From: Harriotta raleighana
Taxonomy: Eukaryota
Length of the DNA: 64,000 bases
NCBI GenBank assembly: GCA_050575255.1
Contig: JBNZDD010013681.1
Location: 2,648,681 to 2,712,680, forward strand
Reading direction: 5' to 3'
Shown piece by piece: positions 24,705-37,500 of the stretch (its first letter is position 1; every line of letters starts with the position of its first letter). The translations under genes were made by a program, and so were the position numbers. The notes under the pieces were generated by a model. The model ran no database searches. It saw nothing but the letters and a program-made list of their open reading frames with translations, and had not been told where the DNA came from.

Positions 24705-27027
24705 GTAAGTAATTTATATTCTCTTTTTAATAAATGATTATATATATATTTAGGTGGGAGAGGGAAGGAGGGAGGGAAGGGGATGCGGATTAGCTGTTGC
24801 TGAGGTGGGTACCACTGTCTCTTTGCTCTGAGATTTGGGTTAAGTCGCAGTTATAATGTCAGGGGCTGTTTCTACAGTGTTGCTCTGCAGACAGACTGAC
24901 TGTGAGGAGCAGTGGCATAAATCAGCATATCTGTGAGGAAAATAAACTGCTGGGAGAGTGTGGGGAGGGGAGGAGGGGGCATCCCTATTGCCACACAGTC
25001 AAATAAAACGCTACTGCAAAGCCTGCAGTCATTTGCTGATATAAGATGCATTGCCACTCAAAGTACCATCAGAATACCTTAAAATCCGTGTGTGTGTGTT
25101 GGGGAGGGTGGGGGGAGCACTGACTGTGCAAAAAAAAATTAATCACCCAGTGGATGTGAAAGGCTACAGAGACAGTGACACCGTTGTAATACTCTTAGCA
25201 ACAGTGTTTTAAAATCCTAAAAGTTCGAAGTTTCTATTTTGTGCTTGTTCCCTTTGGTATGATTTTTCAAAAATATATGAGAAACTAATAGTGATTAATG
25301 TTTTACAAATATATTAATATTGAAACACTTTGAGACAACTCGATGACAGGATAAAGCGTGATTATTACATCAAATGGAAGGATTATTAATATTCTTATTA
25401 AAAACCTACACAAATAATGGTAATTCTGAACATTCAATTCTGGTGCATATGTAATTACATTCAAAATTGCCCATTTAAAAAATTGCCATTGCACTTCTAA
25501 ATTAGCTTTATTTTCTCTCCTTCTGTACCTCTATCCCCCCCCCCCCCACCACCACCACCACCCACCCCTCCTGTACATTAACAAGCTACAAGATGCACTA
25601 CAGCATTGGGAAGGGGGTGGGGGTGGAAGGGCTGATTGCAATGAGATTTAGTTTTCCTTTCCCACCTTCCACCCCCTTCTTCCCAGGGAAACCCTACGTT
25701 AACAATCTTGCAGAAATGGGAACTTTCCTTGGTTGTCGGAGGGCGGGTGGAGGGGATGGCGAGGAAACCAAAGAAGAGTGACCCTGCACCTATTCTGTGA
25801 TGCGGAACAATGTGTGTGCTAACACACCGTGTAATTAGTTTGATAAAATCCGTTCTGCGGATTTTCATTTGAATAGGAATTTGGACTCTTGATTTTCTCC
25901 CAGTGGAGTCCTGGACTCCTGTGTGAGCAGTGTAATTATAATTCAGACCTTTCAAGCCATTGACGTCAACAATTTCTGAATGCTGAGCTGCATGATGGAA
26001 ATCAAAGTTGATGTGGGGAAGACCATTTACCTGAGGAAAAATCCCAACAAAACAGAAAGAGACAACCCCATTTTCCCATGAACTTTCCTTCCCATCGACT
26101 GATATGGAATTGCAGTAATCTTGAGATTTATAGGGAAGTCCTGCTTCTCCTAAGTTAATGGTAACAATCCTTGCATTTGATACAGTGTCTGCAGAGTTGT
26201 TGGTAAATGCTGTAACATGAGTTGACTGTATGTTTGTAGACAAACACAGCTGCCATTCTTCGTACAGCAGCAAGTGAATTACCATTTATGTAGGGCACTG
26301 TTTGCCAGGATATTTAATGTCCACTGTAAGAAGACTGACAGGAGCTTGGTTTGATATCTCATTTCATGATTCCATGAAAATATTCAAAATGAGAAAGCAT
26401 AGTACAGTACTTCTTACATCACTGCTCCCACAGGACTCGAGGTATGTCAGCACCTACCATCTGAGTAATTATAATCTGATGGTAACAATCAGAAAATTAT
26501 TAAACTCAGACATTTTTTGCAGTCAACGAGGACAATAACGTTTTTGTTGGGCCAGCTGGGTTTCTGACCAATAAGGAAATCCATTACCGTATTTAGGAGA
26601 CTCCAAATCAGGCTAAGTTCCACACACATAGAAATTCCTATGTCTGTAATAGAATGTGTTACTCTCTTTCTGGAGGGATGCATCTGCTCACCTAATTCCA
26701 GAAAGTTTTAGACATAGGGGAAGAGACAAAGCTTGGGAACCCCCAGAGTATTGTAGCTTCAAGCCCCATATTGGGCTTGAGGTCCTAGTTGATGATTGTA
26801 GACTGGGTGGATCGCCCTGTCAAGGTGTTATCGTTTAGATAAGATTCAAGCCTTGGGTCCCATCTGACCACTTTCAGGTCGATGTTGATGATTCCATGAA
26901 AATATTCAAAATGAGAAAGGGAATTCTCATGGATCAAATGGTCAATCCAATGGTTGCCACTTCTTACTGAAGGCCACTGCACTTGACAATTATTTGTGAA
27001 GCCCTGAGACATATGTATTTTTTTCCC

Positions 27028-27490
27028 CGCTGGCTCAGTTGGTAGCACTCTCTCCTCTATGAGTTAGAAGGTTGTGGGCTCAAGCCCCATGTTGGGACTA
27101 TGAGCTCAAAGTTTAGGCTGACACCTCCAGGTCAGTATTGAGAGAGTCCTCTTGTTGGAGTTGCCAGCTTTCGGATGAGATGTTAGGCATCATCTTATCT
27201 TGCTATTGATTGGCATGTTAACAATTCCATGGCACCATGAAAATAATAATAATAACTATTCAAAAAGAGAAGGGAGATTCTACTGGTTTCCTGGACAACA
27301 AATTGGACAACAAAATTTCCTGGATAAAATTGGTCATTCACTTCATGGCTGTTCGTGGGATATTACTGCGTAAAATTAGCTGCCCCATTTGACAAAACAT
27401 CACTACACTTTACAGCATACCTGTGCAGTGCTTTGAGGCATTTCAAAGATGTAAGAAGACTATATCAAATGCAAGGATTTTTATTATAAT
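27028..27490 (+). mobile_element. SacSINE1-like Deu-SINE, near full length
   Basis: tggctcagttggtagcactctc head, ggctgacacctccag, ttcggatgaga, Deu domain and L2-type tail. Confidence 0.75.
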
Positions 27491-28184
27491 ATTTTAAATT
27501 GGTCTTAACAATCTAATACTTGCATATTACAATCCCTAATCGATTTCTACATTTGGACTGAGAGTTGTTATAAAAGCTGATGTTTCCAGCTCTTACTGAA
27601 ATCATAATATCAAATGGGAACTAGTTGTAAATAGACATTTCTTTTGCAGTAAATGGATAATACAATAAAATAAATAAAGTAAGGCTAATGGTCTATTTCA
27701 CAGTATTAGACCATCAGTAAAAGGAATTCATTATCACTTTTGAAGGTTGCTTGACATTGAACTGGCTGATTTATGATGTTTTGTGTTCTCAATGCATTTG
27801 CTGATTGCTGTGGTTCAAAGCTGAAATACAGATTTGTGGCTCGTGATTTTCATTCACTTAACTATAAAATGTGGGACCTGAAGTGTATAATTGCTTTTCA
27901 GGCTCCCACATGAGTTCTGAATCCTTGGCCTTGGAACAATTTGTATATTCTGCCAACATGGCAAGCAACTCTATGCTGATTTGTCAGAAAACAAAATGAC
28001 TGATCTGGTATTGATCTTAACTTTCTCCAGCGATAATTAAATACATCAGCAGAAGATGTAATGATTTATTTTACTCGGATTTAATATTGCCTCAAAGTGT
28101 TCTAATTGTTTTTTACAAAATAATCTGAATTCCCTCCTATTTTTATTTCTTGAAACTGTACATAATCAATTTCTGTGTGGAGCA

Positions 28185-28585
28185 TAATAATCCTTACATT
28201 TGATATACAGTATTACCTTATGTCATCAAGACGTCTCACTGTAGTGGTGTGCTTTGTGGGCAAATATAGCAGTCAATTTGCTCATAGCAATGATTCACAA
28301 GTCCACATATAACCATACATTGAATCAACCAATTCTACTTGGGTGATTGTTGGCTAGGACACTGGAAGAAATTTCCTTTTCTTTTTGAATAGTGCTATGG
28401 GATCTTTAACATCCACCTCCCTAGACAAATCTTGGTTTAATGTCTCTTCATCTCTATCAATGGCATCTGTGACAATGTAGCACACCATTGGTGTGTCAGA
28501 ATATACCATACCTGGTCCCAACATTAGGCTTGCACACACAGCTTTTCGATTCAAAAGTATGGATGCTATAAGCTGAACCAGGCTG
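28185..28585 (-). mobile_element. SacSINE1-like Deu-SINE
   Basis: aatagtgctatgggatctttaacatccacct and tail are the reverse complement of the 27028 and 29440 copies. Confidence 0.65.
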
Positions 28586-29439
28586 ACATCAAAATATTGT
28601 ATTTAAATGTATAACTAACTGACATAAATCTTAACATTTTAACCCAGATCTAAGCAATCTGATGCCTATACCAGTAAATAATGTTTTTCTAACTACTGTA
28701 TGTAGCGTAAAGGTATACAAGAGTATTTGTAAAAATATTACGCTTGGGTGAATTCCTGGGTGATGAACCATGTCCATTCTTATGGTGTGGGTTACAGTCT
28801 GCTTCCAGCTATTAATCATTAGCTCTATATGATTGATTGCTAGGAGTATATAGGAAGAGTACAGAAACCAAAATGTATGCTTCTTAAAAAAGGAGCTATT
28901 CAGCCCAATGTGGTTGTGCCATTATCGCCTGTTTTCCAAACCACCCTTTATTTTAGCTAATTTTATTTTCCAACTCTTCCCCATCTCCTTCAATATTTTT
29001 ACTGTTTGGCTACTTACTAAATTCCCTTTTCAACAGCGCTATCGATTCAGTCAATGTGTAAACATTCGAACATCAGAAAATATATTCCAAATCAATTCAA
29101 CATAGGTACAAAGAATTCCCTTTTGCAAGTGATTGATTAATTTAGCAACAAATGTTATATCTCATAATAATGGATTCAAGATGAGTTACTCTCCAATTTT
29201 TCTTCCTTCCCCAAAGTAGTTTTGAACCTCAACCTGCCATTTACACTACTTTTCAGTGAAGTCAAGCAAGATTGGAAACTCACTGGGTAGAATGGGACAA
29301 TGGGAAACATCAATATATAGAGCCATCAATGTTCTCCCTTTATATGGCATAATATGGCATATCTCAAAATGCCAGATATATATAGTATTTTTAATATCTA
29401 TAGATAAGTTTATTTTGAGCTTCCATTTAATGTCAGTGT

Positions 29440-29862
29440 CAGCCTGGTTTAGTTGCTTGCATTCTTACCTCTGAGTCAGGGGCTTGTGAATTCAAACCAC
29501 ATTCCCTACAATGTTTTGAACTCAAACTTTAATCTGACACTCCCAATACAGTGCTTCAGAATACTGCATTATTGGAGGTGACATCCTTCATAAGACATTA
29601 AATCAAGATCCTATCTACCTGTTCAGGTGGATGTTTCTTATCCCATGGCATTATTAAAAAAGAAAAGAGACTTCCTCTCATTGTCCTGGGACAACAATCC
29701 CCTGAATCAAATTGGTCATTATGTCATGGCTGTTTGTGGGACNTTGCTGTGCGCTGTTACAAAATGCAAAGGCACTACACCTCACAGTAATTCCTGTAAA
29801 GTGCTTTGAGATGACCTTCTGATGTGGCAAGGCACATATCAAATGTAAGGATTGTTATTATT
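29440..29862 (+). mobile_element. SacSINE1-like Deu-SINE
   Basis: cctctgagtcagg...ctgacactccc...ggaggtg...caggtggatg...cccatggca, Deu domain and tail. Confidence 0.75.
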
Positions 29863-30667
29863 CTCCAATTCTGTAAGGATTATTCTGTAATTCTGCAACC
29901 CTACACAATTTGGAGAAGTCTCGCAAATACAGTACAATAACTTCATCAAATAGATTGTTCTGCCCCCCACGCCCCCCAAAACACAGCAATTCTTTCCCCT
30001 TTCAGTGAAAGATATTTCAAAGGCAGTGGCTTATATATATGTATTATGTATATTTGATTATTTATTCATATCTTGATTTATTATGTTGTTTCTTTTACAC
30101 CTTCCATTGAAAGGGGAAAGAATTGCAACAGTGTTATAGTAGCCATTTTAATATACCAATTTTAAGATTATGAATCATCAAACGTTTATTGTTAAATTGA
30201 TATTTTAAACACTGTAGAGTTTCAACTCCAGAAATGCAACATAAACGTTTCAAAATATTTCCTTATGTTTTTATATTTGCTAATGTAATACAGAATGTGA
30301 CTTTTAGCATGAAATATACAGCAAGTGGACCATATAAAGAGAGCACAACCTATTAAAAGTAAATCATCTTCACATTTTACAAAATTTAACTTGCTTGGAA
30401 TGATTCATATGATCGTTAAATGATGATATGTTGCAGACATTGATTGAAGAGATAACTATTGTAATCTTGTTTTATGGCAATGCATTCTGACTAGATTATT
30501 GATGAAGACTAAATTTCTGTATCCAGCTGGTGACATCTTTTAAATGGGCAACATCCAAATCCTACAACTCTTTTGTGTTTTCTACATCCGTTTTCAGTAC
30601 TACAGTGTATGATAACTGGGGAAAGGCAAACCTTCTGATTTAGATGTGACATTATTTTAACTTTCAG

Positions 30668-30748
30668 CCTCACTCCAAGAAGCTTGAGTCCTACTCCTAC
30701 AAGCCCATGCAGTCCATGCAGTCCACTCCATGCTTTCCACTTTTGGAG
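30668..30748 (+). CDS. MAST4: MAST-family 81-nt symmetric (phase 2-2) cassette exon LTPRSLSPTPTSPCSPCSPLHAFHFW
   Basis: ttttaactttcag acceptor and gtaagg donor. Splicing to 24704 completes GAC (D), giving ...GLTLDLTPRS. Resembles the recalled MAST4 (SPCSPLLAFHFWS) and MAST3 (SPCSPCSP...WS) exons. Confidence 0.87.
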
Positions 30749-31607
30749 GTAAGGACATGATACTGTTTTTAGCCTGCCAGAGTGAAACCCAAGCAGTGAA
30801 GAAAGGTCATAAGTTCACCAAATCCAACACAGGTTTCCTATTGTGTTGGCATTCCTTGTTTTTGAGTCTGTTGATGTTTTGGATATCTGCACTTGATAAG
30901 TATATCCTTTGATGCTTCATTCTGCCTATCTGCTTTGTTTTTCTAAGCTTTTCTTGGGTGTTGCTGCGTTTCTTGTCTGGCATTGTTGTATAGAATTATA
31001 GATTTCCTGTTGTCTTGCTGTCTCCTGATTCCCAATGTGGAACCTGTTTTCTGAGATGTGTCACTGCATCTTAATAGATATCAGAGTTGGGACCATAAGG
31101 TCTCAAGACCATGTGCTCTTAAGAAAACTGAGAGGACAACAATTTGAGACACTGAGATTCTCACTGTTAACCAGTTTAGAATTGTATATCAAGTCCTAAG
31201 AAGTTTATGATAATAATATAATAAGCAACTAAAAAAAATTATGATGTACTAAAGAACGATAAAATTGTGTTGCAGACTCTGAGGAATCATTGCACTGAAA
31301 ACTCTAGCAATGAAGTACAATCTGTTTTTTATTTACATTAATTATAGGTTAACACACTGTGTTTAACTTCCTCCTATGGTATGACTAAACACATTTATCT
31401 AATTAGTACAATGTGTTCTTAGTAGTGTGGCAGTTAGTTGCTGGAACAGTATTAGGATCAAAATACTCAATGTTCTGGAGTTGTCTTGCAACCATTAGTT
31501 ATTTGAGTTGAGAGAGGCTGTTATCATTTCAAACTTTTTGTGTCATTGGAATAGATATTTCATATGCACCAGCCAGACTCAGGTTTAAGCAAAATGTTCA
31601 GCAAAAT

Positions 31608-31922
31608 ATTAATAATCCTTTCATTTCACATAGTGCCTTTAAACGTCTTCAAGACCTCTCAAAGTGAATTGACTGTATATTTTATGTGTGAAATGTGGCA
31701 GCCAATTGCACACATCAGTGGCCCACAAGCATTCATGGATTGAAGTGACCAATTTTTTTGGAAGAAATTATTACCCCTGGAAAAGCCACCTGCCAATTGA
31801 CTAACAACCGCGTTCCTACTCAATGCTAGGTGAACGGAGGCGTATGGAGTAAGGAAACTTGCCCAATGCTTCATTCTGCACATGAATCAAACCTAATCTC
31901 TTGCTTGCGAGGCGAGTGTTGC
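31608..31922 (-). mobile_element. Family A SINE, long variant
   Basis: Reverse complement of family A with an extra internal segment (about 31780-31840). Confidence 0.78.
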
Positions 31923-33059
31923 TGATTATCAGTTGTTACAGATATTGTCAAAGGAATATGTGGAGTGGTGGGAAACAATGTGGAGCAACTATTTTTCAAA
32001 ACATTTCCAGTAAAGGAGCGTATCAGATTGAAATATGCATAGCTGAACATCATTTTCACATTACCTGAACAAATTTTTATTGTGAAATCTATGCAGCAAT
32101 GAAATCGTCATTTTTAAAATCTGCAATTTGTAACATTTCATTGGATGTCTTAATATTCCTGGTTCCTGTTGCTATGAGAACAGTGACTGACTGATGAATA
32201 TCAGGAAGAATAAAGACTTAAGACCACTTCCTTCCTTTGATATCAGTTTCTTGAAAAATCAAGAGGTCATTGAAGGAAGGAAAAAGAGACTGAAATTGAT
32301 GTCAAACAATGCAGTGGGTTCTTGGGTTAAAATGTAAACTCGTCTTAAATTTCATGACAAGTCCGATTAACCTTAACTAATGATGGTCGGTGTCGTAGAT
32401 TATTGTTTCCTATGTAATGCACTACAGTTTCAGAGAATGCATGGTCAATGCTACCAATCTATCTATCATTAAGAAGAAAAAGCATGGCATGAGCAAAGTC
32501 AATCAGCCCATCAACAACAACAACATAATTACATTTGTAGACCGTCTTTCACATCGGGAGGACGTCCTTAGGAGCTGAAGCTAATCAAGCCAATTCATTC
32601 CACATAATGTGGTGTAACATCCTTATTGTGCTCTTTATTTTATCTTGTGAGAACTAGGTAATGGAAAAAATCTCCGCATCCTCAAAAGCAATTGAGCTAA
32701 ACTTCAGAGAATTTGGAAAACTTTGTAAACCCCAGTTGTTTTCCAAATACAGTGTATCCCCAAATCCTCCAATCGTGTGAACCTAGAGTTGCTGCCCACA
32801 GAAATACCTGCTGTGCAGAAAATTCTCTAGGAAATGGTCCCTCACCACTTATGGTGGATTAGAATGATAAAGTTACAGCACAGAACAACAAATTGCATGT
32901 ACACAGCGCCTTCATGTCAGTAGGACATCCCAAGGTGCTGGACAGTCGAGGATTTGCACCTGAGCTGGGGGTTAGATTTGGACGGGGTAAAATGGGGTGG
33001 GGGAAGAATGGTCAAAGATGTGGTTAAAGAGAGAGAGAGAGTTTGAGATGGACCTTAAA

Positions 33060-33850
33060 CCAGCCATTTGGCCCGTCAAGTCTGCACTATGTTTTTCTCT
33101 AACTGAGCCATCTTTTTGACTGAATCAATCTTAATGCTTTACATTATTTTGTTCTTCAAGATCACAAGAGAGGTTTGGATGAAGACAACCTTTAACCTTT
33201 TGCTCCCATCCTTCCAGAATACGCACAATGTGGTCATCACAGTATCAAACTGTTCTTTAAACAAGTTCAGAGTCTTACCCTCAAACACCCTTCCTGGTAA
33301 CAAATTTTCTAGTCATTGAATACACTCTAGGTAAAGATATACTGTACTTTTTTGGTACCTCTCCTAAAATTGTCATGATGGAGTTTGTTGACACAGAATT
33401 ACAGAGCACTTTACAGCATGAAAACATGTCCTTTGAACCAATTAACCCATGTCAGTGTTTATACTCCACATTAACCTCCAACCCTCCTAATCCATCTCCC
33501 ACATCACTCTACCTTATTCTCCCTCATGTAGGCATCAATTTTCCTTTCAAATACATTGCAGTTTTTGCTTGAATTACAGTTCTCAGAGGCCAATTCCATA
33601 ATCTCACTAGCCTTTACATAGATAAGTTCTTCCTAAACTTCCTTTTAGGTCTGAAATTCCCTACCTTATATTTATACCCTTTCATATTGGAATCTCCCTA
33701 CAATTGGACACAACCTATGTCCACCTTATTGAATCCTTTCATAATTTTAATCTCCTTAGTCAGATCTAAGGAAAGACCTGTCCAATCTTTCTTGACAGCT
33801 GTGTCCACTCATTCTCTTCAATGATATAATATCCCTCTTGTAGCAGGGCA
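33060..33850 (-). mobile_element. Degenerate CR1 3' fragments
   Basis: gccatttggcccgtcaagtctg and aattccatatctcac...aatcctttcataatttt are CR1-like motifs. Confidence 0.5.
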
Positions 33851-33857
33851 TTATTAC

Positions 33858-33955
33858 ACTTTCCTTTCTCCATAAATGCAGCTCGATCTGCTGAGTGTTC
33901 CCAGTGATTTCTGTTTGTGTTTCAGACTACCAGCATCTCAGTATTTGGGGTTTTG
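33858..33955 (+). mobile_element. Penelope-like tail fragment
   Basis: ctttcctttctcc...gatctgctgagtgttcccag...tttcagactaccagcatc matches the right arm at 52305-52390. Confidence 0.6.
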
Positions 33956-34003
33956 AACAGCACATATACTGCTATGGGGCATTTTTACCAGCAGAGTGCC
34001 AAG

Positions 34004-34330
34004 TAATAATAATAATAATAATCCTTGCATTTGATATAGCGCTTTTCACATCTTATCAACGTCCCAAAGCGCTTCACAGAATATACTGTAAAGTGAATTG
34101 ACTGTATATTTGTGGGTGGAACGCAGCAGCCAATTGCGCACAGCAGTGTCCCACAAACAGTCATGGATTGAAATGACCAATTTTATTATTGTGTTTTTTT
34201 TGGAGGGATTATTATTAGGCATGTGGAGTAAGGAAACTTGCCCAAGGTTTCACCCTGATCTGCCTGGATTCGAACACAGGTCTCATGCTTGTAAAGCGAG
34301 TGCTCTAACCACTAAGCCACAGGAGCTCCA
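34004..34330 (-). mobile_element. Family A SINE, full length, young
   Basis: Reverse complement is closely similar to 15610-15926. Confidence 0.9.
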
Positions 34331-37300
34331 AGTGTCCAGGTGATTGAAGCCAACTAAAATATTTTCTTCCAGTGTTCTCAGCACTTCTCCTTATCAGAAG
34401 GCACATTCGTGGTAAACAAAGTGAAGTGCATTATTCCCTGTAGCTAACATTTTATGTTGACTCTTTCCTTATAGAATCCTTCCATTTCTTTTCTCTACCC
34501 TTCTTATGTCATGTTATACATGATATGTTCGGCTTCTTTATTCTTTCTGCCAAAGTGGATCACATCATATTTCTCTATGTTAATCTTCATCTGCCACCTG
34601 TCCTCCCATCTTTTTAGGAAGTTTGAATATTCACTCACTGTAAGATGCTTGCAAATTTTATTCCACCTCATTCAAATATATCAAATTCAAGGATTATTAT
34701 TATTATTCAACCATTATTGTGATTTAATGTGATTGCGAATTAATATGCTCTATGATTCAAATGTTTCTTTACTTCAGAAATCAGAATTCGAGATATAAAT
34801 TAATACTTGTGGATAGATGATGGAAAATGTGTACATTTCAAAAGATAAAAAAGGCCATCTCTACTTTATTAAAGGATGATTACATTCTACAGGGTTGCCT
34901 GTAATCCTAAATAATTAAGAAGATAACTGTGCAGTTATTGAGTTCTCTTGTGTGCTCTTATTATTCAGAACTGTCCATCGGATGCAGTCTGGGAAATACA
35001 CATTCAGTTGACCCTAGTAAAACATATTGAATGGAAATATTGGTTTTCTGGGCAACACTCCCATTCATGTTGCCTGCTCCCAGGATGCTTCTAAACTATT
35101 AGAGGGTAGAATTCGGCAACTGATAAACTGTATTTCAGATGATTTGCTTTCTTTTCTCAGGCTTTTATCAATGTGGCTTTCAAGATGGACTCTTATCAAT
35201 TGACTTGCCCTCTTGACATTTCTGTACCTTTAGGGAGATGAACTGCACATTTCAATTGGTTTTGTGAGTGAGGTACACAATGGCATTTCCAATGCTTATC
35301 CTGGCTAGGAATTAAGGTGTTCCAGGAGATGGAAATAAAAATAAAATACATTTTTAAACTTCAAAAGAAAAAAATATTAAATCCTCTCAAAATGCATATG
35401 AATACTTCATTGCCTTTATACTCCAAACTAAATCTTGGGTTTGAACTGGTTATGAATTTCAACACAAAAAGTGTGTATTGTTTATATAGATCAAAGAGCA
35501 GGACCATTTATGTTCTTTTGATAGTCACACATACAACAACAACAACAACTTGGATTTATATAGCATACACATTATAAGAGTTATTAATCCTTTGTATAGT
35601 TTGTTGCTACTGGAGGTGCAAAGGAGATCTTTAAAGCAAATAACAAGCAGATTTAACAATTCAAGTGTGCTGCATAGCTCCTTCAATGATACAGTTTATA
35701 TTGTAATTTTTTCCTTTCATTGTAGCAAACATAGTATCTTTATACTCATCTCTAAATCTCTGTTGTGTGAGCTTATATCGAAAATAACCAATCTAGTGGT
35801 TGGTTATTGTTCTTGAAAGATAAAATCAAACTATTCTGGAAATAGTTCAACGCCTTGGGACGTCCTCCCGACATGAAAGGCACTCTATAAATGTAATTTT
35901 GTTGTTGTTCATTGAACATTTATCTGGTTGAACTCCTAACTAGTTGATGCTTGCTTATTCAATTTGTGATGCTACAGCAACACCTTGTATTTATATACAG
36001 TAGTGTCCTTCATGCGCGGTTACATCTCAGAGTGCTATTACAAAGCGGTATTACTAAGCATTAACTTTATTATCTTATAATAGCTCACCTCTCTGACTTC
36101 TCCTGTCCCATATCCTGTTGTATTAGTGGATACAATACTGGTCTATAGTACTCTGTACATATTCATTTTCAATTGTGATTTCTGGCTGTCTTGACTTTCT
36201 GAAGCCCAGTTATTCTCGGGGGAAGTGAGATGTTATATGCAGCATCCTGTGATTTTCTGGAATATTTTCCATTTTAATTCATCTGTTTCTTGCAGTCTGC
36301 ATTACCGAGTATGTTCTTGTATGCAATATGTAGTCATTACAAACATTTTAGTGCTGGTTTCACCAAAAGGAATTGTTTTATCAGTTACTGTTGATAATTC
36401 AGGTTCCCCTGAACTTGTATCCAAATTCTAAATAGAAATTGAACATCTAATGGAAATACCATTTTAACTATAGTCAACATAGCCCATGTGAAAAATAAAA
36501 TCCACACATCAATAACAGCAGGAACAAATACATAGCTACTTTCACGTCGGGTGGATGTCCCATAGGTGTTAGACAGACAGTATTTTGGACCCGAGCTGGG
36601 GCTAGAGATTGCAACATCATGGAATGTAATATTCAACAACAACAATGTGCTTGCATTTCTAAGCCTCTAAGAGGCTACCTTGTGTGAGGGATGCTATATG
36701 AATACAAGTAAATGTTATATACAGTAGTTCCCTTCATGTGAGATAAAATATTCTTGTGCGACTCCCAAGCCGGGGTGAAAGGGGAGATGACCTAAAGCGA
36801 GGTCAAAGAGAAAAGGCTTCAGGAGCGATCTGAAAACAGGCAAAGAGAGGGCAAGGCAGAGGGCTTGAGGCAAATAGTTCTGTGGTATTCAGTAATCATG
36901 TTTGAATAAATGTTTGTGATTTAATGGCAATGTGTCTGGGAAGCTTCTTCATTGAAGTACAAGAGTGAGTGGTAGAGTGGAAAATAGCCTTCACTTTATG
37001 GAAATTTGTATGTATTGTCATGCACGCATGCAAATTTTTTTTAAAAATTGTAAAAAGATCAACATTTTTTCATAAACACTGTTCCATGCCTGATCCTGAT
37101 AAACATAATACTGTATTTAATTTGATAGTATTCCTTGGCTTGCAATAATTGCTTCCATGCCAATCGCCCTCCCCTGAACTGTTTAATGTAAAGTTAATAA
37201 GGAATAAAATATGTGTATGATTTGCTTGCAGAATTGTGCTGGAAAAATGTGGTGCATACATGTTGACTGCAGTCGTGACTAGGCCAGTCAGTAATGCTTT

Positions 37301-37500
37301 TGGAAAAATCTCTCGACTATATTCACACTGTTCTTGCATGTGAAAAAACGGAGTGGGCTGATTGAGGTTTGGGGTTTGCATAAAAACGGATTGTGCAGTT
37401 TGCTAATAAACTAAACTGAATAAAGCTGAGGCCAACATTTTGTCATGAATGCAGGAGAGGTATGCAAACTAGAAATGCAATGAAAACTAGAGAAAGATTG

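Noticed and set aside
25578-26285. Longest ORF in the track (235 aa, minus strand)
   Set aside because: No recognisable domain, a non-ATG start, and antisense within an intron; probably a chance ORF.
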